The notes below the pieces were generated by a model. It did no database searches, was not told the DNA's origin, and saw only the letters and a program-made list of their open reading frames with translations. The position numbers and the translations under genes were made by a program. From Patescibacteria group bacterium (GTDB taxonomy: Bacteria; Patescibacteriota; Minisyncoccia; Phycocordibacterales; UBA918), in assembly GCA_019750255.1 (NCBI GenBank), contig JAIEOU010000006.1, forward strand, positions 52,142-116,141: 64,000 nucleotides of DNA. Reading direction: 5' to 3'. Of the stretch, positions 29,156 to 38,312 are shown one piece after another. Every line of letters begins with the position of its first letter. Within the stretch, counting starts at the first letter, position 1.

Positions 29156-29198
29156 ACACCTATTTAAACTACCAATCCCTCAAAAAAGATACACGCAC

Positions 29199-30383
29199 CT
29201 ACACCACAACCGCTCCTCCAGTCAGATACAAGTGCAGGGTGATAAGGCCCCCCGTAAGAATAAGAAGAGCTAAGCTGTAGACAATTTGCCATGGACGATG
29301 CGAGCGAACAGCGAGCGCGATAGAAAGCAGTAACATCATGGCAATCGCTGTGGTGAGTACGCTATAGACGATTGTCAGGAGCATATTTGGCTGGGTCGCA
29401 ATCCGCGATAAAAATGCGGTCTTGGTAGCGCCTGCCGACACATCGGGAGCGGCTTGCAATAACACGGGAAGGCCCGAAGAAGTAGCCACTGTGCCAGAAT
29501 ACAGCGATACCATGTCCTCCTCTACCTGATATTCCTCTACAGAGAGTGCGGGTTCAGGCGGCAATGGAATGTCCACCGGGGTGCGCGGTGTCGATTCATA
29601 GGCCAACGCCATAGCAGTGGCAGAAGCAGTCTCGGTTACGAGCACCGATGAACTAGCGATGGCATCAACGCTACTACTAGCACTCGTTTCCGCCCCCGAC
29701 ACAACCGCAGCCAATGTGGTTGAGGTGGTTGAGCCGATAGTTACTTCAGGTACCACCACCGGCACATTAGGCACAACCGCTAGTGGAGCGGCCACTTGCG
29801 GTGTTGGACGAGCGATTGGCAAGGCCGGGGTACCAAATAGCTGCACGACAAAAATGGTGTCGTAGCCCTGATAGGTACCTTTAGCGGTACCGACACCGAT
29901 TTCAGTGTAGTTTCCGTTCACGATATTGGCGCGGTGCGTGGGTGACTTCATCCACGCTTCGACGACCTCTCCAGAATCACTGAAGTGAATAGCCAAATTC
30001 TCTCCGGCATGAGCGTAGACATACCCCACCTCATCAAACCAGTCCCACGGCGTCACACCCTTTGGACTATAGTGAGCAAAATAGCCTTCCGCAGCCATGT
30101 GTTCAGCTTTTAGCTGTGCCGCTTCATCGAGCACACTACTACGACGCAGAGCCCCTGCTGCGGCAACTGCCCGCTCTTCGTTTGTGAGTTCAACCACAAT
30201 CGCCGGAAGAATCGTTGATACGAGCCACTGTGATGACTGCCACAAGAGCGCCTGCAAGTTAGCGACCGCGAATGACAAGAGCACCATCCCCAGCATGCCA
30301 AGCATTGCTCCGCGACGCAGCAGCTGCGGCACGTGGTCTGCATCACCAGAAAATAAGAAAGCCGACTGAAGAAAACGCCTCAT
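29199..30383 (-). CDS. CAP (SCP) domain membrane protein
   Basis: TNEER...AAQLKAEHM...YFAH...AGENLA...AWMKSPTHRANI...EIGVG; low-complexity linker; two C-terminal TMs. Confidence 0.9.
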   Translation of the reverse strand: MRRFLQSAFLFSGDADHVPQLLRRGAMLGMLGMVLLSFAVANLQALLWQSSQWLVSTILPAIVVELTNEERAVAAAGALRRSSVLDEAAQLKAEHMAAEGYFAHYSPKGVTPWDWFDEVGYVYAHAGENLAIHFSDSGEVVEAWMKSPTHRANIVNGNYTEIGVGTAKGTYQGYDTIFVVQLFGTPALPIARPTPQVAAPLAVVPNVPVVVPEVTIGSTTSTTLAAVVSGAETSASSSVDAIASSSVLVTETASATAMALAYESTPRTPVDIPLPPEPALSVEEYQVEEDMVSLYSGTVATSSGLPVLLQAAPDVSAGATKTAFLSRIATQPNMLLTIVYSVLTTAIAMMLLLSIALAVRSHRPWQIVYSLALLILTGGLITLHLYLTGGAVVV

Positions 30384-30434
30384 ATATTACTAAGTGTAGC
30401 ATGCACCGCAGTGGCAAAACCCTGGGGCTGTTTA

Positions 30435-31058
30435 TTAAGAATCCGCGAGCTTCGCGTAGACGATCAGATTATGAGTATACCGCGCCGCGCCTCGGTCATA
30501 CGTACCCGAGCAGGTAATGAGCCGCAGTCCTGGGTAATCAATATCACCATAGACAGCGCGAGTGGGAAACTCGTCCTGATCCACCCGCGTCAGGTCGGTC
30601 ACTACAAATCGAGCGGTGCTGCCATCAGCGCGATCGACAAGCACCTCATCTCCCACTTCGACTTGCCCTAGGGACCAAAATACAGCGGGGCCGGATTTCG
30701 AATCAACATGGCCAAGAATCACGGCGGGACCAAGTTCGCCGGGGGTTGGTCCAAACTTATACCATCCCACCTCGGTAAATGAATCGGGTACTTCTGAAGT
30801 CTTATCGGGATTAAGCCCCAGACCGCCCTCGAACCCCGCGTCGATGCCTACCTCGGGTATCCGCAGCCGTACCGGCTCGGATTCCGCAAGAGCATACCCT
30901 GGCAAGGATGAGGTCGCGACTACGGCAACCTCTGGCAACACCTCCACACGCGATACCGACCACAGATACACCACAGCAGATAGCCCTATGCCTACACCGG
31001 CAACTACGAGTATTCGCCACCCTGATACATCCTTAAAATATCCCGACATACTTGACAC
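30435..31058 (-). CDS. Class F sortase
   Basis: N-terminal TM; VGWY..GPTPGELGPAVILGHVD; LRLITCSG.YD.....YTHNLIVYA. Confidence 0.9.
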   Translation of the reverse strand: MSSMSGYFKDVSGWRILVVAGVGIGLSAVVYLWSVSRVEVLPEVAVVATSSLPGYALAESEPVRLRIPEVGIDAGFEGGLGLNPDKTSEVPDSFTEVGWYKFGPTPGELGPAVILGHVDSKSGPAVFWSLGQVEVGDEVLVDRADGSTARFVVTDLTRVDQDEFPTRAVYGDIDYPGLRLITCSGTYDRGAARYTHNLIVYAKLADS

Positions 31059-31251
31059 TATCTATAGTACGTTGCAAACAACCTAACGGCAATACCTGTA
31101 GTTAAAAAGGGAAACGTTCTTTCAGATGAAGTGGACCAGTTCGTAATGCTTTAGCCGTTGCGACGGCTTCATGGTAACGGGAGCTTATTACTTGCTCTCC
31201 AGTGATTTATGTTTTAATGTTGACCTCGGCTTTCAAACAGAGGAGTTCCTA

Positions 31252-31440
31252 ATGAACGAAATAGTAAGAGTATATGACGGGCGAAATCCGCCCAAAATCC
31301 GTGGCTTCGAGAAGCAAATGGTCCCGCCAGCTCACACGCAGCCAGGCGGACCGGTCTATCGCCCAATAGAGCATCGCCCTGAAGAAAGCGCGAGCACCAA
31401 GACGGACGAGTCCGAACAGCCCCAGCGGCAGGACGCCTGA
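31252..31440 (+). CDS. Small hypothetical protein (62 aa)
   Basis: GAGGAG upstream of ATG 31252; followed by a terminator-like hairpin. Confidence 0.4.
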   Translation: MNEIVRVYDGRNPPKIRGFEKQMVPPAHTQPGGPVYRPIEHRPEESASTKTDESEQPQRQDA

Positions 31441-31479
31441 CCACAACCCTCCACCCCCCATAAAATCCCCCACACAAAA

Positions 31480-31507
31480 AGGCGCACGCGACATACCGCG
31501 TGCGCCT
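31480..31507 (-). terminator. Intrinsic terminator-like hairpin
   Basis: aggcgcacgcg-acatac-cgcgtgcgcct preceded by an A-run; just after stop of 31526 gene. Confidence 0.75.
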
Positions 31508-31525
31508 CTCTACATTTCCTCGTTC

Positions 31526-33004
31526 TTAGCGTAGAGCCGAAAACGGTTCAAAGTAATGTACCGCCATTCCGCCAAAGCCGGTCTTTGGTGAAAAACGGTC
31601 ACGAATCTTTTCTAGTTCAGTCTGGTACCTTACTTTGGGCAATCCGTAGAAGGTAACGTATCCGGGATCAACTTTTCCAAACTCTTGACCCACGATTACC
31701 TTAGTCTTTCGTCCTGGCACCGAAGCCTCATTCACTTCAACCTCAGAAATTTGTATCGTCCCATCGTTTCCTTCAGCAAAGTTTCGGTATGACATCAAGA
31801 TGATTGTACTATCGGCGCGAGTATCAAGTATGCGCATCAGGTGGGTGAAGGTGTGAGTGGTCACTCCTTTATGCGTTACCTTCGGGGTCCAGGCCTGAGC
31901 ACTGTCGTAAAAGTGCGGGATCGTCACGGCAAACCGGAGATTACTGTTCCCGAGACGGGCGTTTGTTTCATCAATCAGTGCCACAAACTCAGTTAAGACT
32001 TGTCCCTTATTGGATTCGTAGGTGGCAAGCAGATATGGTTCAACGTCATACTGCAGTGATCGCAGCGGATTACTGCTGCGCGCCCGGTTATAGGCCACAA
32101 CCATGTCGACAATGGCAAATGCCTTGTACTTCATTGCCGGTTGTGCCCAATCTTTCCAGCCAGCGAGCGCATCAATCGCCACATCATTCTTTTTTGCCTC
32201 AATTACTAATTTCTCGATGGCATCGAAGTAGGCCTTCTTTTTCGCCTCCTTTTGGGCGCCTTCCGGTAAGCTATGGATGAGCAAGTAATCATCGACTGTG
32301 ACATAGAGGGCGTTAAAACCATTATCGCGGGCCGAAGCCATGAGCGAACTGATGTAGGCTGCCGACATGTTAATTGGCGACTCCCACACCCACATGCCAT
32401 ATTCCAGCGTGCTCTTGTCGGGCGAAACGACTACTGGTGGCTGCGGCACCTCTTTTACCGGCTCCCGCGGAACGGGGGTATTTGGGGTCGGCTCTTCTGC
32501 GACCTGATCGCGTGGGACCGGGACAGTGGGCGTAGGTGTGACGGGCGGCGGTACCGTTCCTTCAGCGTCCGTAGCGGTCGTGATGCAGGAATCGCTACCA
32601 TTCTCGGCGGCCGCACAGGCTTCGAGCCCATCAAGCGCACTCTGCGTAGCGTTTAGCTGTACCGTTACCGTGCGCACAGCCTGCGGGGCAAGCGGTCCAA
32701 GATACCAGTAATAGTTCTTGGCGGTAGCGCGAGGAACCACAGATATGACGCGCACTCCCTCAGCGTAGTGATTTGTAATCGAGACATCGTTACAGGCACG
32801 CGAGCCTACATTCTTTACGGTCAATGTGTACGCGACGCGATTATTCACAGAGAGGTCCTTCAGGCTTCGGATAGATGTGAGGGAGAGTGAACAGTCCGGC
32901 ACCTGCGCTAACGCACTTTGACTGACACCTCCCGTTAGTAAGCTGCTTGCTAGCACCATGAGTGCCAGCAGAATTCCATTGGAGATTTTATTTCTTCGTA
33001 ACAT
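31526..33004 (-). CDS. Exported DUF11-like + TIM-barrel glycoside-hydrolase-like protein (paralogue A)
   Basis: Signal peptide; YTLTVKNVG...YYWYLGPL; Pro-rich linker; YGMWVW...LQYDVEPY...LMSYRN...GGMAVHY. Confidence 0.7.
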   Translation of the reverse strand: MLRRNKISNGILLALMVLASSLLTGGVSQSALAQVPDCSLSLTSIRSLKDLSVNNRVAYTLTVKNVGSRACNDVSITNHYAEGVRVISVVPRATAKNYYWYLGPLAPQAVRTVTVQLNATQSALDGLEACAAAENGSDSCITTATDAEGTVPPPVTPTPTVPVPRDQVAEEPTPNTPVPREPVKEVPQPPVVVSPDKSTLEYGMWVWESPINMSAAYISSLMASARDNGFNALYVTVDDYLLIHSLPEGAQKEAKKKAYFDAIEKLVIEAKKNDVAIDALAGWKDWAQPAMKYKAFAIVDMVVAYNRARSSNPLRSLQYDVEPYLLATYESNKGQVLTEFVALIDETNARLGNSNLRFAVTIPHFYDSAQAWTPKVTHKGVTTHTFTHLMRILDTRADSTIILMSYRNFAEGNDGTIQISEVEVNEASVPGRKTKVIVGQEFGKVDPGYVTFYGLPKVRYQTELEKIRDRFSPKTGFGGMAVHYFEPFSALR

Positions 33005-33229
33005 TTTTGAACTCTCTAAATTAATCTAAGTAACAATGATGAAGTGTAGACGCACACATGTCGCAACTGAGGTGCGGTTTTCATCACCGCGGAAAAGCCT
33101 ACCACGCCAAAATCGCCCTTCTGGATTTCAGCGACATTACCCCACATTTTCTATTACCTGGGCAAATATCTTTTAATACAACGATATTCTATCTTGATTC
33201 CTTAAAAAAACTCTTAAAAATCGCACCCT

Positions 33230-33415
33230 TTGACAACGGCCACTCTTCACGCTGTAAGTATCAATTAACTAACACGGCAGTAGTAAAAGGCACAACCTTT
33301 GCCTTATACGGGTGAACTGGTTATCCAAAATGGATACCCTGTTTAGTAGCTTGGGTCATGCACAAGAACTCAAATCGCTCCAAAGCGGGTCGAGTTGGTA
33401 ACGTGTATGGCTCAA
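33230..33415 (+). promoter_or_regulatory. Promoter region and structured leader of GT2 operon
   Basis: TTGACA at 33230 (-10 ambiguous); hairpins aaggca/tgcctt, tatcca/tggata, and 13-bp ttgggtcatgcac/gtgtatggctcaa (3 G-U on + strand). Confidence 0.5.
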
Positions 33416-33630
33416 ATTAGTAAACCTAACCAAACCAATGCGTTGTGAGTACCCGGCAATACTTTTTGTTATTAATCAATATCAACATTGTTAAGATATA
33501 GTCTCTTACTACGTCTAAATAATTGAAAGGGGCAAAAAAGATGTATGTACAAGCGTCATATACCGTTGTTTTCATTGCGCATGGATGTTTAAAGGTTGCT
33601 TTACTCGGACTGACATTAGTAGAAAAAATT

Positions 33631-33843
33631 ATGCCAAGAAAAGTTACTAAGACACGCAAGACTTCTTCTCTTACCCTCCTTTATAGTGGCGTAGCTCTGG
33701 CAACCCTAGCGCTAGCCTACTTTGCAATCACTCGCATTGATACCCTCACCTACAAAATTGTAGTGGTTTTCCTTTCTCTCATTATTTTATCTAATTGCGC
33801 CGCCAAATTGTATGGCCGGCATGTTTTAAACGAGAACATATGA
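33631..33843 (+). CDS. Small 2-TM protein coupled to GT2 (PgaD/IcaD-like role inferred)
   Basis: ATGA overlap with GT2 start at 33840; similar to 36599 ORF; alternative start 33541. Confidence 0.7.
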   Translation: MPRKVTKTRKTSSLTLLYSGVALATLALAYFAITRIDTLTYKIVVVFLSLIILSNCAAKLYGRHVLNENI

Positions 33844-35399
33844 TTCAAAGACTCGTTACTTTTTTCTCACCGGCTGTACGCACAAAATTTTTAGTGTACG
33901 CCTTTCTCTATGTCGTACTTATTGTCATCATCCTCTCGACTTTTTTACTAGAGCCCGAAGAAAACGCTTCGTTTCCGATTCTCCGTATTATTATCATCGG
34001 CTTTGCTTCAATTCTCCTCACCAAGTACTTTTTATACATGGTGCTTAGTCCCTGGAACGAAATTCTTACCCTACACCGCGAGCGGCGACGTCGCCCAGCT
34101 GTCGATGATATGCATTACTATCCAAAAGTAAGCATCCTGGTGCCAGCCTGGAATGAAGAAGTTGGTGTTATAACGACAATAAATGGGCTCTTAAAGAGTA
34201 CCTATAAAAACGTTGAGATACTGGTTATTGATAATGCGTCAAAGGATAATACGGCTCGTAACGTAAAAGCGCTTATCAAGCAGTACAATGCTGAACAACC
34301 GAGCCCTGTTCATGCTCACCATATCGAACTGAAATATTTTTATGAAGGTACGCAAGGTAAAGGTCACGCGCTGAACCACGGCTTGCGCGTTGCTACCGGG
34401 GATATCATTATGTCAATTGATGCTGATTGCTTCGTCGCCCCCGCCACGGTCGGTAATTTTGTTAAGTACTTTAACGACCCAACTGTCATGGCAGCGGTTG
34501 GTAATGTACGTATTGGCAATACCGATACTATTGTTGGTGTGGTCCAGTACCTCGAATTCCTCTTTTCCTTTTACTTTAAAAAAGCCGAATCACTTGTAAA
34601 TACCATCTACATCATTGGTGGCGCGGCTGGTGCCTTCCGCCGCGAAGTATTCGACATCATCGGTCCCTACAGCACCACTAATATTACTGAAGACATTGAA
34701 CTGTCTATGCGTATTCAAGCAGCCGGAATGCGTATCGTCTACGCACACGACGCCCACGTGCTCACCGAAGGAGCCGTCACCTTAAACGGCCTCATGAAAC
34801 AGCGGCTACGCTGGAAGCGTGGTCGCTTTGAGACTTTGGTTGAACACAAGTACATGCTCTTTAGTCGAGAGAAACACCACAACAAACTCCTAACCTGGTT
34901 CCTCCTTCCCCTCACATTACTTGGTGAACTGCAGCTTGGCCTAGAAATAACGTTCCTAGTTTTCCTGTACGTCTTCTCATACCTCACTAATGACTTCTCG
35001 TCATTTTACTCCGGAATTATGGTCGTCAGTTCGATGTTTATAATCCAGGTACTATTTGATAAGCATCGCGAAAAACTTGGTGGCTTTATACTGCTGGCGC
35101 CTATTGGTTGGCTGCTCTTCTATGTGAGTACCCTCGTCGAAACCAATGCCCTCTTTAAAGCACTCTGGGGCTCACTGCGTAAAACCGAACTGACATGGCA
35201 AAAATGGGAGAGACAAGGCGTCCTTACCGGCAAGACTGTTGCGCAAAGCCTCAAAGAAGTAACCCCCCTCTATAACCTAACGAAGTATGCGACAACCACT
35301 AAACCTCTGGGCTGCGGTTGCCGGCATAATGCTAGGACTAAGCGTCGGCCTTACCCTCAGAAGCCCACAGCCACTACCTCCAGCACCCCCACCGACTGA
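33840..35399 (+). CDS. Processive GT2 glycosyltransferase (PgaC/IcaA-like), paralogue 1
   Basis: VPAWNEE, DNASKD, GKGHALN, DAD, TED, QRLRW; N- and C-terminal TMs. Confidence 0.92.
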   Translation: MIQRLVTFFSPAVRTKFLVYAFLYVVLIVIILSTFLLEPEENASFPILRIIIIGFASILLTKYFLYMVLSPWNEILTLHRERRRRPAVDDMHYYPKVSILVPAWNEEVGVITTINGLLKSTYKNVEILVIDNASKDNTARNVKALIKQYNAEQPSPVHAHHIELKYFYEGTQGKGHALNHGLRVATGDIIMSIDADCFVAPATVGNFVKYFNDPTVMAAVGNVRIGNTDTIVGVVQYLEFLFSFYFKKAESLVNTIYIIGGAAGAFRREVFDIIGPYSTTNITEDIELSMRIQAAGMRIVYAHDAHVLTEGAVTLNGLMKQRLRWKRGRFETLVEHKYMLFSREKHHNKLLTWFLLPLTLLGELQLGLEITFLVFLYVFSYLTNDFSSFYSGIMVVSSMFIIQVLFDKHREKLGGFILLAPIGWLLFYVSTLVETNALFKALWGSLRKTELTWQKWERQGVLTGKTVAQSLKEVTPLYNLTKYATTTKPLGCGCRHNARTKRRPYPQKPTATTSSTPTD

Positions 35400-36495
35400 A
35401 GCCTGCCCGATTATAGTCTGCACGGACTCTTCAGCTGGAACCACTTCCAGCGAAATGCTTGAACCTGCTGCCACGAGTAGCGCCGAAGAGCCGAATCCCA
35501 CCACCACCTCACCCCGAGCGATTACTTCCTTACCAACCTACTCCATGCCCCGGTCACCGAACCCAACCTCAGTCACCAGCGCTCCAAGTGGGGTGCAGGT
35601 TATGGCCTGGCTCTACCCAAGCGCACCAGGCTGTGGCGCATCGGCCGAGTACCGTGACGGTCGAACCGTCGACGTCCTAAAACCCGAGTTTTTTACCATC
35701 AATGGTGGTTCGCTCACGCGCATTGATAACACCGGCTGTAATGGGTACAGTCCGGCTTTTGTGGCGGAATTAAAGCGCCACTCGAAAGAGCAATACGTCA
35801 CCATTTCTTCAGCCAGCGCTGGCGACATGGAAACCTTTCTGACCGGTGCACTCGCGGATAATACCGACATCACCACCCTCGTTTCCTTCATTGTTGATAA
35901 TGGCCTGACAGGCATCGAACTAGACTTTGAGGACTTTGGCGGCTGGAACGCTAACGCCTACGCTAACTACAAGACCTTTGTCACCCAATTAGGCACCGCG
36001 CTGCGTGCGCAAAACAAAAAGCTCATGCTCGCCGGTCCGGCGATTGCCGACAGCACTGAACAGGGTTGGTTCTTGTGGCGCTACGAAGATTTTGCCACCC
36101 TGCCCGTCGATCACATGGTCGTAATGGCCTACGACTACCAGTTTGATCATGGTGTCGGCGAACCGGTTGCCCCCCTAGACTGGATAACCAGAGTTACGAA
36201 CTGGGCCGGCGCCCGGTATCCCAAGAACAAACTGACCATCGGTGTCCCATCCTATGGCTATGAAGGCACCGACGGTAGTCGCCCCCTCATCCGTACCTAC
36301 GACCAACTGAAGGCTACTCCTGGGTTTGCCACCGCCCCCCGAGATGCCCGTTCTGGCGAACGCATCTGGAAAAACAGCGGCACCACCTACGTCTACCAGG
36401 ACAGCGAAAGCCTGCGCCTAAAAATCGCCGCCATTAAAGCCACGGGAGTTAACTCAATTTCTATCTGGCATTTAGGTGGCAACCAGTGGTTCTAA
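35287..36495 (+). CDS. Membrane-anchored/exported GH18 glycoside hydrolase
   Basis: N-terminal hydrophobic segment, Pro/Thr linker, GLTGIELDFE, VMAYDY, IGVPSYGY, SIWHLG. Confidence 0.85.
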   Translation: MRQPLNLWAAVAGIMLGLSVGLTLRSPQPLPPAPPPTEACPIIVCTDSSAGTTSSEMLEPAATSSAEEPNPTTTSPRAITSLPTYSMPRSPNPTSVTSAPSGVQVMAWLYPSAPGCGASAEYRDGRTVDVLKPEFFTINGGSLTRIDNTGCNGYSPAFVAELKRHSKEQYVTISSASAGDMETFLTGALADNTDITTLVSFIVDNGLTGIELDFEDFGGWNANAYANYKTFVTQLGTALRAQNKKLMLAGPAIADSTEQGWFLWRYEDFATLPVDHMVVMAYDYQFDHGVGEPVAPLDWITRVTNWAGARYPKNKLTIGVPSYGYEGTDGSRPLIRTYDQLKATPGFATAPRDARSGERIWKNSGTTYVYQDSESLRLKIAAIKATGVNSISIWHLGGNQWF

Positions 36496-36598
36496 TACTG
36501 CCCGCCATTACTACTATACGCATCAAGTCTGAAGCCCTCAGTCAACTTTCGCACAATCTCCGGTTTGACTTGATGGCTATTTTTGCCATTATGAAGGA

Positions 36599-36817
36599 AT
36601 GACTAAAAGCTCGTTCATTTTTAGGTTCGCCGGACACTGCGTAGTGGCAATTGCACTAGTCTTTACCGTGGTTGCCTCTTTCTACTATTTTGATCGTCCA
36701 ATTTACAAGGTTGTATCGTTATTCATTGGACTCGTGTTCATCTCTAACGCTATCGCTAGAGCTGCACTAATACTGCTCATGTATCAACACAGAGATACCT
36801 CCTTAGCGCAGAAGTAG
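36599..36817 (+). CDS. Small 2-TM protein, paralogue of 33631 ORF
   Basis: IYKVVSLFIGLVFISNAIAR vs TYKIVVVFLSLIILSNCAAK. Confidence 0.65.
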   Translation: MTKSSFIFRFAGHCVVAIALVFTVVASFYYFDRPIYKVVSLFIGLVFISNAIARAALILLMYQHRDTSLAQK

Positions 36818-38311
36818 GTAGGGATCATAGTGATGGATTGCCACGCCCCCAAAACCAGACTCAGTTCCAAAAGTGTTATTTATAAGCGCAATGTTACTGG
36901 TAAGTAATGATTTTGTGGTGCCAAAATAGGTAACATAGTCTGGCTCGACATTACCGACCTCTTGAGCAACGATAACTTTAGTAGCGCTCCCGCGAGCCTC
37001 CGTTATTTCAGGCGAGGATAACTGACGCACACCGTTATTTCCCTCAAAAAAATTTCGGTATGACATGACAATTATGGTGCTATTGGTTTTCCGATTTAGA
37101 ATGCGCAGAAGATGCGTGAAGGTATGGGCGGTTTGGTTACCATAGGTAATTGCTGGAGTCCACGCTTGTTCGGAATCATAAAAGTGCGGAATAACCACAC
37201 CAAACCGGAGAGGTGAGGATTCAAGCTTTGCCGTCGACACATCAATGAACTCTACAAAATTCGTGAGCACAGGCGCTTTATTGCTCTCATAGGTTGAGAG
37301 CAAATACGGTTCTACATCAAATTGAAACCCTCGCAGCGGAAGACCTTGTGCCTTGTAGGCGAGCACAAAATCAATCACACCATAACCCTTCTCACGGTGC
37401 GCTGGTTCTGCCCAGTTCGCCGCACCCGCCAGGGCGTCTACCGCAATCCCCTGCGCCTCCGCCTTACGTACAAACGTCGCCAACGCCGCATAGTACTCGG
37501 CCGAGTCGTATGCCATCCAATCGTCTACTGTTATATAAATTACATTGAAGCCCGCCCTCTTGGCATCCGCAATCACCGTATCCATTTTCGTTCCAGAAAG
37601 CGTCACTGCTGAGTGCCAGAGCCATAGTCCATACTCACCAGACACCGTTGTGCTGGCGGGCACTGCCGGGACAACCTCCGGGGATGTAGTCACTACCGGA
37701 CCCACAGGAACAGAAGGAGCCGCCGCTACCGCACACACATCTCCAGAGAGACTGCTCGTGGTCGCACACACATCAACGCCTGGTTCATTTTCGCCATCAT
37801 GTTTAGTTGTCATAGTGTAGGTGCGACTTATTCCCGGATTTAAGCTTCCCACCTTCCAATAGTAATTACTAGCGCTTGGCGGCGGATTACCAGTTGCATA
37901 CTCCTCACCGCTCGGGTAGTACGCTGAAAAAGCAATATCTCGACACACGCTACGGCCAGCATTCTTTAGCGTAATAATATATCGAAACGTAGTGGCAGAA
38001 GTTTTTTCCGCTACCATGCTCGCCGTGAGGCCACACGACTTCGTTCGGCGGACCGCAGCCGTATTATCATTTTCATCAAGGAAGCTTTCAATCACAGAAC
38101 CCCCTTCGGTGTCAGTTGTTGTCGAGGCCGGTATATTTGAACTAAGGATTCCTCCCTGCAACAGAGACAATTTACTATCAATCTCTGCATTAGTCATGGT
38201 TTCGGAACCTTCATTCTGTGTGCTGCTCGAATTAAAAAATACCACCACGAGCAGTATTGTCAGTCCTGCCAAAAGTCCTATCGAGGTGTATAAAACTTTT
38301 TTTGATTTCAT
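36803..38311 (-). CDS. Membrane-anchored DUF11-like + TIM-barrel glycoside-hydrolase-like protein (paralogue B)
   Basis: YIITLKNAG...NYYWKVGSL; YGLWLW...FQFDVEPYLLSTYESNK...IPHFYDSEQAWTP...HTFTHL...VMSYRNF; clearly homologous to 31526 ORF. Confidence 0.7.
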   Translation of the reverse strand: MKSKKVLYTSIGLLAGLTILLVVVFFNSSSTQNEGSETMTNAEIDSKLSLLQGGILSSNIPASTTTDTEGGSVIESFLDENDNTAAVRRTKSCGLTASMVAEKTSATTFRYIITLKNAGRSVCRDIAFSAYYPSGEEYATGNPPPSASNYYWKVGSLNPGISRTYTMTTKHDGENEPGVDVCATTSSLSGDVCAVAAAPSVPVGPVVTTSPEVVPAVPASTTVSGEYGLWLWHSAVTLSGTKMDTVIADAKRAGFNVIYITVDDWMAYDSAEYYAALATFVRKAEAQGIAVDALAGAANWAEPAHREKGYGVIDFVLAYKAQGLPLRGFQFDVEPYLLSTYESNKAPVLTNFVEFIDVSTAKLESSPLRFGVVIPHFYDSEQAWTPAITYGNQTAHTFTHLLRILNRKTNSTIIVMSYRNFFEGNNGVRQLSSPEITEARGSATKVIVAQEVGNVEPDYVTYFGTTKSLLTSNIALINNTFGTESGFGGVAIHHYDPYLLLR

Positions 38312-38312
38312 G

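Noticed and set aside
33276-33283. ops/JUMPstart element (GGCAGTAG)
   Set aside because: One mismatch in an 8-mer and no flanking consensus; chance match likely
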